A stretch of DNA of 60,213 nucleotides, filler included, from 6 parts of 6 records of this genome joined end to end with filler, not necessarily neighbours in it; one strand, 5' to 3'; shown: positions 22,202-31,657, counted from the whole stretch's first letter. The notes: generated from the letters alone by a model not told the origin. A program made the numbers and translations.

Positions 22202-22261
22202 TAAGGTTGATGGATTTTATGAATATCGATTCTATTAAGGTTCAAGAGCTAAAAATAAGGT
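22202..22261 (+). promoter_or_regulatory. TAAGGT triad motif, copy 2
   Basis: TAAGGT at 22202, 22236 and 22256 (34/20 spacing), about 154 bp upstream of paralogue 2. It shares CTATTAAGGTT...CTAAAAATAAGGTT with copy 1. Confidence 0.5.
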
Positions 22262-22437
22262 TGTAGACACAAGTTCGAAATGTATAATTCGAATACTGCG
22301 CTGTATGTCGTTGTCATTAACAAATAATTAAAAATCGCGCTGATATAATAAACACTTTTACCCGGTTGATCTCTCACCCCAAGGGCGGGTTAAATCGATC
22401 AGTAGGTTTTACTCTGCAACATAATATTTTATTTATT

Positions 22438-22496
22438 ACCTTATTTTTGTTTTTTTTACCTTAGTAGCAATAAGAAACCTCCTAAATTTCACCTTA
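22438..22496 (-). promoter_or_regulatory. TAAGGT triad motif, copy 3 (inverted)
   Basis: ACCTTA at 22438, 22458 and 22491 (20/33 spacing). Confidence 0.5.
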
Positions 22497-22648
22497 TTAC
22501 ATTATTCATCAGCAAAAGTTACTTTTTTATGGTGTCCGGAATTAGAATTTAACGCCCACATGTACTAAATATGAAATGAGTATAAACGTTATTTTATTCT
22601 ATTTTTATGCTGAATAAGGTCATGAGGTATCGTGATTCTTTAATTATT

Positions 22649-23599
22649 TTACACAATTATAACGACTTTTCCCCGGGCGTGACCCTTCTCCAGATATCGA
22701 AATGCCGCAGAAGTTTCGCGCAGTGGGTAAGTTCTGTCGATGACCGGTGTTACTTTGCCAGCTTCAATGAACTCCTTCAGAACAACCAGGTCCTCATTCT
22801 TTGGAATCGCGAGATACGGGCGTCCCTGTTGGCGTACGAGCAAAGACAACATGAATGCCTTGATAACATAACCTATACCGCTATTGCCACTATTCGGTAT
22901 GTGAATCCCATGTGGAGTGAGCGCGCGTCGACAGTCTGATAACGAATGGTTCGCCACTTGATCGAGGATGAGATCGTAGCATTGCCCACTTTGCGTAAAG
23001 TCCTCCCGGGTGTAATCAATGACATGGTCTGCGCCGATTAATCGGACCATGTCCACGTCTTTCGTACTGCAGACGCCGGTCACTTCCGCTCCGAACGCTT
23101 TGGCTATCTGCACGGCGAATGTACCCACGCCCCCGGAGGCGCCATTTATCAAGACCCTCTGCCCAGGCTGTACCTTACCCGCATCGCGAAGACCAATGAG
23201 GGCAGTGAGAGCGGAGGTAGGTACGGCTGCGGCTTGCTCAAGCGTGAGGTTTGTCGGCTTTGTCAAAAAGCTGTCTGTTCCGGCACACACGTACTCGGCG
23301 CAGGTGCCCTTGCTCGTACCAAATACCTCATTACCTGGTTGAAACTCCTCTACGTTTTTGCCGACCGCCTCAACGTATCCTGCCACATCGTAACCCGGAA
23401 CATAATTTTTGGGTTTAGGCCACCCGGCACTCATGCGCGCCAGGTATGGCACACCTTTCATGACAAAGTAGTCACCTGCATGGAGGGCAGCTGCGTGAAC
23501 ACGTACCAACACGTCGTTTTCCCTGACCACCGGCTTGCCGATTTCTTCGAGTTCAAAGACATCCGGTGAGCCGTATCCTTTTTGAACGATTGCCTGCAT
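22649..23599 (-). CDS. NAD(P)-dependent MDR oxidoreductase, paralogue 3
   Basis: GYGSPDV, PGYDVAG, NGASGGVGTFAVQIAK and GHARGKVVI motifs. Confidence 0.9.
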   Translation of the reverse strand: MQAIVQKGYGSPDVFELEEIGKPVVRENDVLVRVHAAALHAGDYFVMKGVPYLARMSAGWPKPKNYVPGYDVAGYVEAVGKNVEEFQPGNEVFGTSKGTCAEYVCAGTDSFLTKPTNLTLEQAAAVPTSALTALIGLRDAGKVQPGQRVLINGASGGVGTFAVQIAKAFGAEVTGVCSTKDVDMVRLIGADHVIDYTREDFTQSGQCYDLILDQVANHSLSDCRRALTPHGIHIPNSGNSGIGYVIKAFMLSLLVRQQGRPYLAIPKNEDLVVLKEFIEAGKVTPVIDRTYPLRETSAAFRYLEKGHARGKVVIIV

Positions 23600-23675
23600 A
23601 AGTTTTCCTGTTAATTTATTTTGATTTGATTGATTTATGTATAGTTTAGTGAAATCTATCCTAAAAGTCTGTAAA

Positions 23676-23802
23676 ACCTAACGACAAAAATAACCTGCTG
23701 GAACTTGTGGTGCGCAGGATGATGGATTTTTAAATAACGTTCTGCGTGCCAGCGTTCGGTCATATTCGCACATCGCTGTTACAGTCAGGTAGATTTTTTT
23801 GT
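23676..23802 (-). mobile_element. attC site 1 (interrupted by the intron; the remaining 5 nt are at 25651-25655)
   Basis: The + strand reads ACCTAAC...TAACCTGCTG...CAGTCAGGTAG...TTGT|TATGT. The reconstituted 132-bp site has R'' ACATAAC and R' GTTAGGT on the gene strand, with an extrahelical base in the inner stem. Confidence 0.75.
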
Positions 23803-25650
23803 GTGTGCCCGGCATGTCGTGTGTATGTTAAATTTACTATAATATACACTGATTATCCAGAGGGTGCAAGTCCCTTATGGGCGAGTTGGCAAAGCCCATT
23901 AGTAAGCCGCAAGGGCGTTCAGGGCGACCTGAAGTCTGAAGGAAGCGGGACTACAAGAGTCTGTACGGACGAACAGAAACTGCATACGAGGCATAGCTTT
24001 GTGGGTGAGCAACCACATCTTTGCAAAGCCCGTGGCCAACAAACTCAGCTATGTAGATGCAGCCGGGATAGACTCAAGGATAAGCGGCTTACCCGGGGAG
24101 ATCCCGACAGATATTTAGTTGGGAAGTCAGCCGAAGCCATAGTAGCCAAACGCCGGTGGTAATGCGCTGGACACGGTGAAGGGCTGAACATTAACCCGTT
24201 CCGGATTGATTTGGGATGAACATGGACGAATGGTAGACTCCAAGTCCTGCTCAAGCCCATTATAAGAAAGAACACAGTAAAGAAAGGAAGGCATGATAGC
24301 ACTAATCCTTTCCAAAGAAAACATGACACAAGCGTTCCACCAGGTGCGACGGAATCAAGGCGCCGCAGGAGTAGACGGCATATCGGTTAACGATTTGGCA
24401 TCTACTCTGCACCGGCGCTGGGATTCAATCAAACATCAGGTGGAGACAGGAAGTTACCAGCCCGATGCAATACTGGGCGTTGAAATACCCAAGCCAAACG
24501 GCAAGAAACGACTTTTGGGCATCCCAACAGTCGTTGATCGGGTATTACAACAGGCACTGCAACAACAGCTAAGCCCACTATTCGAGCCGGACTTCCAACA
24601 GCACAGTTATGGTTTTCGCCCCAATCGCAACGCCCATCAGGCAGTCCGGCAGGCATTGGAAAATATCAATGATGGTTATCAAGACATTGTTGATATTGAC
24701 CTGAAAAGCTTCTTCGATAAAGTCAGTCATGAACTTTTGATGACTTTGATCTATCGAAAAGTCAAATGCCCGCTCACCCTGAAACTGATTCGGAAATTCT
24801 TACGAGCTCCCATTTCCATAAACGGAAAGCTCGTGAAACGACGCAAAGGCGTTCCGCAAGGCAGTCCGCTCAGTCCGTTGCTGTCCAATATCATTTTAAA
24901 TGAACTGGACAAAGAACTGACCAAACGTGGACACCGCTATGTGCGTTACGCCGACGATTTCAGCATCTATCTGCGGAGCAAAACAGCAGCCAGACGAGTA
25001 GGGAACAGTATTTACCTGTTTCTCAAGAACCGACTGCGTCTGCCCATCAACCGTGAGAAAAGCGGAATCCGTCGTCCGAGCACGTTTTATCTGCTCGGTT
25101 ATGGTTTTGTGCCTGTGTTTCGCAAAGGCTCAAAAGGAAAGTATCAACTTGTGGTCGACCGAAAGGCCCTCAGGAAACTGAAAGCGCAAATCAAGTCCAT
25201 CACTCGTAAAACAATCCCTGCCAGCTTTGACGAACGCATCGCACGACTGAATCTTTTACAAACAGGGTGGATCAATTATTTCAAATTAGCCAACATGTAC
25301 GGCAAACTACGAGATATTGATGTTTGGACTCGCCGCCGCTTGCGTGGCTGCATCTGGCATGACTGGAAGAAGCCAAACCGTAAGATGAAGAATCTTATTC
25401 GGTTGGGAGTTCAACCAGGCATTGCTTACTCATGGAGCCGCACCCGAATGGGACGCTGGGCCGTTGCCTGCAGTCCAATTCTGAGCACAACAATTACAAA
25501 TGCCAGATTGGAACGCAGGGGCTATATTTCAATGCTATCGTATTACCTTAAACTAACTCATGGTTAATGAACCGCCGTGTACGAGACCCGTACGCATGGT
25601 GGTGTGAGAGGCGCACTCCAGTGGGTAACTGCTGGAGCCGCCTACTCGAT
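23803..25650 (+). mobile_element. Group IIC intron (attC-targeting type), 1848 nt
   Basis: 5' end GTGTGCCCGGCATG, GGGTGCAAGTCCC in domain I and an RT ORF. Domain V is GAACCGCCGTGTACGAGACCCGTACGCATGGTGGTGTGAGAGG with a CGC triad, and domain VI ends in CCTACTCGAT. Confidence 0.9.
24293..25567 (+). CDS. ltrA: Group II intron reverse transcriptase/maturase (no endonuclease domain)
   Basis: GAAGVDG, LGIPTVVDR, SYGFRP, DIDLKSFFD, GVPQGSPLSPLLSNI, YADD and a thumb region with GWINYF. Length 424 aa. Confidence 0.95.
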   Translation: MIALILSKENMTQAFHQVRRNQGAAGVDGISVNDLASTLHRRWDSIKHQVETGSYQPDAILGVEIPKPNGKKRLLGIPTVVDRVLQQALQQQLSPLFEPDFQQHSYGFRPNRNAHQAVRQALENINDGYQDIVDIDLKSFFDKVSHELLMTLIYRKVKCPLTLKLIRKFLRAPISINGKLVKRRKGVPQGSPLSPLLSNIILNELDKELTKRGHRYVRYADDFSIYLRSKTAARRVGNSIYLFLKNRLRLPINREKSGIRRPSTFYLLGYGFVPVFRKGSKGKYQLVVDRKALRKLKAQIKSITRKTIPASFDERIARLNLLQTGWINYFKLANMYGKLRDIDVWTRRRLRGCIWHDWKKPNRKMKNLIRLGVQPGIAYSWSRTRMGRWAVACSPILSTTITNARLERRGYISMLSYYLKLTHG

Positions 25651-25673
25651 TATGTGCTTCTGGTTAAACAAAT

Positions 25674-26303
25674 TTAATTATTGCCAGCTGATTCATTATT
25701 TGCTTTTATTTTGGGATGACTCTTATATTTAGCCAGAAGAAGTAAAACAACTATTGTTCCAATACTAATTGTTGTAAATCCAAAACTATATGTAAAAAGT
25801 TTACCAATAATTTGAATTATCAGAACAAAATCTGAATGGTGGAAGTAAATACCTATATAATTATCTACAATATCATAAAGAGGTCGTAGACATAAGATTA
25901 AGAAAATCAAACCAAATAGAAAGGAGTTTTTAATTTTATATTTGATTAAAATGTAATAACCAATTATAATTGATATGAAATCGAGTATATAAGGTGAAAC
26001 AAGAATTATCAGAGAATCCATATTCACATCATACCCTCCTTTAATCTCAACATAGGCAAATCCAAAGCTGCCTTTCCAAAAACGTGCAAATAATCGATAA
26101 TCAGTTATATCAGCACCAACAATAATACATCCCAAGATGTGACTCAATTCGTGAATTGGAGCATAAAACAGGTACCAAATTAACGGAAGTATAATCACGT
26201 TGATATAGATTTCTTTATTTGTCCAATTACTTTTTAAATAAATTACCAATAAAGGGAGAATTATTAAAACAAGAATTTCAAATATTCTGTAAAATACATT
26301 CAA
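25674..26303 (-). CDS. Cassette-borne membrane protein with HExxH (M50-like metallopeptidase)
   Basis: IHELSH motif and several TM helices. The gene is AT-rich and bounded by complementary core sites GTTATGT and ACATAAC. Confidence 0.7.
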   Translation of the reverse strand: MNVFYRIFEILVLIILPLLVIYLKSNWTNKEIYINVIILPLIWYLFYAPIHELSHILGCIIVGADITDYRLFARFWKGSFGFAYVEIKGGYDVNMDSLIILVSPYILDFISIIIGYYILIKYKIKNSFLFGLIFLILCLRPLYDIVDNYIGIYFHHSDFVLIIQIIGKLFTYSFGFTTISIGTIVVLLLLAKYKSHPKIKANNESAGNN

Positions 26304-26354
26304 TTATAGAATTCCTTGTAAAATTAATACGCCATTATCTAGTTTTGAGATTGG

Positions 26355-26440
26355 ACATAACGCAGAATTGAACGGTTTCCTGGGGCAGAGCGAGGTACGA
26401 GCGGCGCCCCAGGAAATCCGTCTCGAACGATTTGTTAGGT
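26355..26440 (-). mobile_element. attC site 2 (intact, 86 bp)
   Basis: The + strand reads ACATAAC...GAACGG-TTTCCTGGGGC...GCCCCAGGAAA-T-CCGT-C-TC...GTTAGGT, with two extrahelical bases. R'' overlaps the stop codon of the upstream gene. Confidence 0.85.
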
Positions 26441-27421
26441 TTTGTCGTTATGCTCCACAGTTATGACGACATTCCCTGTCTTTTGTCCTGTTTCAACATA
26501 CCTGTATGCCTCGACTATTTGTTCCAGTGGATATTTTCTATCTATCACGGCTTTGAATTTATCTTGTTCTATGAGACTTTTGATTAATAGTATACTTTTT
26601 TTGATGTCTGTAGGAATTGGAAATATCGTTTTTTTGCCTTTTGTCAGCGGTTTTATAATGGGTGTTAAAAGAGGTAAGAACATATTTTGCGCCAAATAGC
26701 CGAGGTCTGAAGAGATATAAATCCCTCCCGGTTGCAGCAGATGTTTGCATTTGAAAAATGAACTTTTCCCCACAGCATCGAAAACAAAATTATATTTTTG
26801 GTTTTCTTTTGTAAAATCTTCTTTTGTATAATCGATTACTTTATCAGCTCCTAAAGATTTTACTAATTCCATGTTTTGTGTATTGCACACCGCAGTAACA
26901 TAAACATCAAAATATTTTAAAAGTTGAACACAAGCAGAACCAATAGCTCCTGTCGCGCCATTAACGAGAACGTGTTGTCCTTTTTGAAGGTTCACTTTGT
27001 TGATAAAATTATAGGCATAATGCGCACCCTCAGTACTTGCGGCCGCCTGCTCGTACGTTACATTATGTGGTATTGTTGTTGTGTGATCTTGCAATATTGT
27101 CATGTATTGGGCATGAGCTCCTGAACCCTGGTCCGTAAATCCAAAAACGTTGTCTCCTGGTTTTAAAGACGATACCTTTTTACCAACCGCTTCAATTTCA
27201 CCGGCAAATTCAGTTCCGGGAATTTGTTTTTTGGGCTTGAATAGTCCTGTAAATATTCTGGCAAAAAAGGGTATGGCTCTGATTGTGGCGCTGTCGGTTC
27301 TGTTTACTGTTGTTGCATGTACTTTTATCAGCACTTCATAATCTTTAGGAACTGGTTTTTCTACTTCTTTTAGCTGAAGAACATCCGGTGATCCGTATTT
27401 TGTGTATACAATAGCTTTCAT
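26435..27421 (-). CDS. NAD(P)-dependent MDR oxidoreductase, paralogue 4 (gene cassette)
   Basis: [15 protein letters not shown] after RBS GGAGG, NGATGAIG and GQKTGNVVI. Flanked by GTTAGGT upstream and ACCTAAC at the stop. Confidence 0.9.
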   Translation of the reverse strand: MKAIVYTKYGSPDVLQLKEVEKPVPKDYEVLIKVHATTVNRTDSATIRAIPFFARIFTGLFKPKKQIPGTEFAGEIEAVGKKVSSLKPGDNVFGFTDQGSGAHAQYMTILQDHTTTIPHNVTYEQAAASTEGAHYAYNFINKVNLQKGQHVLVNGATGAIGSACVQLLKYFDVYVTAVCNTQNMELVKSLGADKVIDYTKEDFTKENQKYNFVFDAVGKSSFFKCKHLLQPGGIYISSDLGYLAQNMFLPLLTPIIKPLTKGKKTIFPIPTDIKKSILLIKSLIEQDKFKAVIDRKYPLEQIVEAYRYVETGQKTGNVVITVEHNDKT

Positions 27422-27496
27422 AGGTTTCCTCCAGGATGGCTTTGATTCGGTCATTTTCAGACTTTGTATACGACAATACGCCTGAAAGGTTGCAAA

Positions 27497-27617
27497 ACCT
27501 AACAACTAAATCACCGGCTGGAACAGCATCAGGTAAGCCTGATGCTATAACTAAATGACCGGTCCCGCCAAATGACGCTTAAAAGAATCTGCTGTTCCAG
27601 GCCGATGCATTTTGATG
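27497..27617 (-). mobile_element. attC site 3 (R'' end missing or disrupted)
   Basis: The + strand reads ACCTAAC...TCACCGG-CTGGAACAGCA...TGCTGTTCCAG-G-CCGATGCA. The arm resembles attC1, but the expected terminal GTT is absent. Confidence 0.6.
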
Positions 27618-27623
27618 AAAGCG

Positions 27624-27775
27624 ATGCGCGAGGACAAACCAGTAGAATGCTACAGGTGCCAGTCTCTATGGTGAAGTTTTAGCGCACCACACCATACTCC
27701 GAATCACGGACCTTTGGCGGCAACGCCTCTGTGTAAGCGTTGACAGGGGCGCACCAAAGCCCTGTAATGAGCGTC
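27624..27775 (+). pseudogene. Probable group II intron domain I relic
   Basis: GGTGCCAGTC, GTGAAGTTTTAGCGCACCACACC...CCGAATCA and AAGCGTTGACAGGGG resemble 5' regions of bacterial group II introns as I recall them. No RT or domain V follows. Confidence 0.45.
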
Positions 27776-27857
27776 CCTACAGCGACTGGCTGTTAACACG
27801 AATGGAGAAGGCGTTAGTAAAATTGATACTGTACTTATTTGTGCAAAATTTATGGAA

Positions 27858-28601
27858 CTAAGCACATTCAATACAAACAAAGTTCGGTCCTTTCAGAAAA
27901 TCCTGCCAAAATTCAACACCATATTCTTCCATACCTTTTTGTGAGACAGCTGGATGTTGCCAGGTGATTTCACTAAATCCGGACTTGCGCAAAGCCCATT
28001 CGTATGTCTCTTTGCTCCAGTGGTAATTGATAATACGACAAGAATACCTGTCTGTAAAAAAAGAGTATTCAATTGTATCACCTTCATGCAGAGGTAAAGG
28101 GCTTTTTATAAGGTAGCCATACTTTTGGGTATTGTTACTGTTTTTGGGCGAATATAAAGGAGTTGCGTTGACACTGGTTACAAGTTTTCCGCCACTTTTA
28201 AGATTGTCATAAACCGTCCGGCACATTGCAAGCAATGTTTCTTTAGAGGATGCATAGTTAAACAAAAATGCGGCACTAACTATATCAAATGTCCCGATTT
28301 TTCCAAGATATGTAACATCACAAACAACATATTCTGCGCCGAGAGGATTCTCCTTCTCAGCTTTTTGGGCAAGCTCAATCATCTTCTCCGAAATGTCCAC
28401 TCCGACTACATGCCGAGCACCTTTTTGTATTATTTTTCTGGTGAATCTGCCTTCGCCACATGCCAGGTCCAAAACCCTTCTGCCTTTTAGTTCTCCGAGA
28501 AGGTTAAGGAATGTAAATTCCTCAGCATATTTTTTAACAGCCAGTCCTCTGTGGATGATTTTGTATTCGAGAGAAATTTCATCGTACCTGGAACTCATCA
28601 T
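27858..28601 (-). CDS. Class I SAM-dependent methyltransferase
   Basis: VLDLACGEG, GVDISEKMI and FDIV motifs. Confidence 0.9.
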   Translation of the reverse strand: MMSSRYDEISLEYKIIHRGLAVKKYAEEFTFLNLLGELKGRRVLDLACGEGRFTRKIIQKGARHVVGVDISEKMIELAQKAEKENPLGAEYVVCDVTYLGKIGTFDIVSAAFLFNYASSKETLLAMCRTVYDNLKSGGKLVTSVNATPLYSPKNSNNTQKYGYLIKSPLPLHEGDTIEYSFFTDRYSCRIINYHWSKETYEWALRKSGFSEITWQHPAVSQKGMEEYGVEFWQDFLKGPNFVCIECA

Positions 28602-28680
28602 ATCGTTTTTCTCCTTACTGCTAGTAGATTACATTTTGAATGGCTCTTAAAAAGATATGCCAACTTATTTTTGCAAAGCT

Positions 28681-28862
28681 ATCTGCATACTTGATAACCA
28701 TTGTCCCTTTTAACACGTATCCCCAATGCGGGCAGTGACACATGTTGTTGTGTAATCCTTCCAGCAGGGCATCAACGTCTATTCCTTGGGGAGTTGGTGA
28801 TAGCTGGGCGCCATATCGCCAAATTCTGTTTTCTCCGGAATGCTCTCTTTCTTAAAATGTAT
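28681..28862 (-). pseudogene. Truncated copy of the cupin gene at 33596-33937
   Basis: Colinear DNA match (HFKKESIPEKTEFGD...NNMCHCPHWGYVLKGTMVIKY). The start is ATA instead of ATG, there is a 1-nt deletion, and the 3' part is lost. Confidence 0.85.
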
Positions 28863-28983
28863 ACAAGTTTTCTCCTTTGTTATGCCCGAACTTGATTTAA
28901 TCTATATTGATCATCACTCTTGTCCCAAATAGGTGTTTTTGGAGATTATTTTGGACAGTAGTGATTGATCTTGATACATCAAA

Positions 28984-30362
28984 TTAATTCCTTCTTAAAA
29001 TCACAGCTGTCATATCGTCGTGTTGCGATGCACCTCTGGTAAAGAACTCGATGGCTGAAAGAATTTTTTCCATCAATTTATTTGCTGACTCTTCTTTATT
29101 CAAAGTAATGATATCTATTAGCCTTTGCTCGCCAAATTCTTCATTTTTATCATTCATGGCTTCACAAATCCCATCAGAATATATAATCAATATATCACCA
29201 CTTTTCATTTTTATCTCATCCTCGATATAGTCTGTATCTTCTTTCACACCCAAAACAAGCCCTCTCGTTTCCAGGGCAAATGGTCTCTTTTTTAGCGAAA
29301 ATAGCAGTGGTGGTATTTGCCCTGCATTGCTGTATTTTAGAGTATCCTTTTCTTTATCAAGTATGCTGAAAAAAGATGAGACAAATGTTTTTTTATTGGT
29401 GCTTTTATACAAGAGGGAATTTGCCCTTTGCAGGCATTGATTGGTTTTTTGATTGATAAAAGCCTGCCCACGTATTGTTGCCTGGGTATTCGCCATCAAC
29501 AAGGATGCCGGTAATCCTTTGCCACATACATCACCTAAAACGATGGCCATCCTTGAGCTATCAAGTTTGATAAAATCATAATAATCGCCTCCAACTATTT
29601 TTGCTGGTATATTTACTCCAGCGATGTCATAATTCTCAAGCTGTGGATTTGTTTTAGGTAGTAAATCTTTTTGAATATGTGCTGCCAATTTTAGATCAGC
29701 AATCTGTGCTTCGACTCTTTCTTCTAATACTGCAATACGACGAGTTTGCAAGGAGGAAGAAATAAGTGCTGTAATAGCTTGAAGTGTATCCACATCACCC
29801 GAATCAAGGGTGGGTAGAACGGTTTTATTTCCCGCATTCGCCCGGATATCAGCAGTCCAATAGGATTTTTTTCAAGCATAATTGGCAGGCATATAAAGTA
29901 AGGGAGTTCCAAAATTGATTTTAGTTTATTGATATACTGGTTTGTATTTGCGGCTTTGTTTATCAGGTATAATCCCGTCCCTGAAGAGAATTTCTTGGGA
30001 AATTTGAAGCAAAGTGACGGTAATCGATTACTCTGCTCTTGATTAAAACCATTCCAGAAACCAGGTTTATAAATGTTTGGTTTTTCAGTAGGAACGAGGA
30101 TTAGGGTTTTTTCCATACCCAGTGTAGAATTAATGGCAGAGATTGTTGTTTTGAAAATATCTGATATGTGTTTATGTTTACCGATGGTTTGTTGAAGTTT
30201 ATAAAGCAATGCGAATCCCAACCTCTTTTGGCGTATCTCATGATGAACACCTGCTATTGCCATCTCGAGCTTGACATTTGCCATGGCCATCTCGTTGAGC
30301 TGTTTTTTATAATAAGCAATTTCTTTGTCTTGCTTATCCGGAATGTTAGATAGCTTCGACAC
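28984..30362 (-). CDS. GAF-like plus PP2C/SpoIIE phosphatase, frameshifted near 29810
   Basis: ORFs 29724-30362 and 28984-29793 join (FYPP/LDSGDVDTLQ). Motifs: VGGDYYD, GDVCGKG, YSDGI and DDMT. Confidence 0.85.
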
Positions 30363-30445
30363 CCAGAATCTCCATTTATATTTGCATAGTTTAGTTAAAA
30401 TATGTTAAAATTAACAGATCAGAACAATCATTACGATTTTCCAAA

Positions 30446-31657
30446 TTATTCACTAAAGATGCAGAGAATTGAATTAAAAAGTGTAAACTCTATATCTCCT
30501 CTCATATTTTCAATTTCACCACCGGTATATGTCCCAAATAATGGCATTTTGGATCCAATGATTTGTTGCACAATTTCAACATCTTCACGATCTGTTTGAC
30601 TATATGCGCTTGCTCTTTGTATACAATCGAGATACAATGCGAGAAACGGTTTTTTGTTCTCAACTCGTTTGAGGATTGCTTTACATTGTTTTTCCAGGTA
30701 ATCCCAATCTTCAAAATTCCGTCGCATAATCTGAAATTGGTCACCCTTTTTAAGGTCACTTGCAATGGTTACTAATCCACGACGTGGTGCATCGATTTGA
30801 TAAGGTAAAAGGTTTCTATAATTTTCCGGATTATAATCACCAAACTTGTCTCCACGATTTATCCCAAATACAATGAAGAATTCCGCTAAAGATTCACTTC
30901 CGACCCCCATAATTTCAGCAACCGCATCGAGCGCAGGTTTATCATCAATCTCCAGAATAGTATTCTTCTCAACTTTGGTAATAGTATAATAACTACTTGC
31001 TGGTTTTAATCCATGAACGAGTATTGTATCCATTTGGATTTTTCCTGAGAGCAAAAGCACCATAGCGGTGTTGTGTTGTACGCTATTATCAAAAAATTGA
31101 TATGAAGGATTAAATTGCAAATCACCTAATAGACAAAAACCTGTAGTAGGCGGCCATTTTCCAAGCGAGTTTTTCATACCTCTTAGAAAGTCAGTTGGAT
31201 TGTTAGTATTCAATCTACATTCTTCAGTTGGTTTATCTTTGACGATATCAAAAAAAATAAAGAGATTTAACAAATCTTTATTTTTTATAGTTTTAATCTG
31301 ATCTCCCAGCGTTTTTCCAACTTTGTATTCATTACCTGGTAAATTACCTTCGGAAATAATATCTATGTCAATAGAGTCTGAAGACATAATCGCGATTCCA
31401 ACCTGGTATCCTTCATAGCCTAATTTATCCGTTGTAATCACGCCATTCCCTTGTCCACCAATAATTCTGGTTCCGGTACCAACAATTGATCGAACACTTT
31501 CAAGTAGTTGCGTAGGCTCATGTTTTGGAGTTGCAAATAAAAGCGCGAGGTTATTCGCCTTGCTGTTTTTTTGTTGTAGTGCCTTTTTAGCCGCTTCAAT
31601 TCCGGCATCCCGTGTATTGGGATTTTCACTAAATCCAATTCCAACTTTTGTCGACAT
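30446..31657 (-). CDS. FIST signal-transduction domain protein
   Basis: N-terminal KVGIGFS...AGIEAA, ILEIDDKPA, YLDCIQR and PLFGTYTGGEI motifs. Confidence 0.85.
   Translation of the reverse strand: MSTKVGIGFSENPNTRDAGIEAAKKALQQKNSKANNLALLFATPKHEPTQLLESVRSIVGTGTRIIGGQGNGVITTDKLGYEGYQVGIAIMSSDSIDIDIISEGNLPGNEYKVGKTLGDQIKTIKNKDLLNLFIFFDIVKDKPTEECRLNTNNPTDFLRGMKNSLGKWPPTTGFCLLGDLQFNPSYQFFDNSVQHNTAMVLLLSGKIQMDTILVHGLKPASSYYTITKVEKNTILEIDDKPALDAVAEIMGVGSESLAEFFIVFGINRGDKFGDYNPENYRNLLPYQIDAPRRGLVTIASDLKKGDQFQIMRRNFEDWDYLEKQCKAILKRVENKKPFLALYLDCIQRASAYSQTDREDVEIVQQIIGSKMPLFGTYTGGEIENMRGDIEFTLFNSILCIFSE

Noticed and set aside
22197-22496. TAAGGT arrays as Tn7/Mu-type transposon ends
   Set aside because: There are no properly placed TGT/ACA termini, target duplication or transposase. 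It is kept only as an unexplained motif.
24293-25567. RT as a retron, DGR or CRISPR-associated RT
   Set aside because: The flanking ribozyme 5' end and domains V/VI identify a group II intron. No template repeat, msr/msd or cas1 is present.
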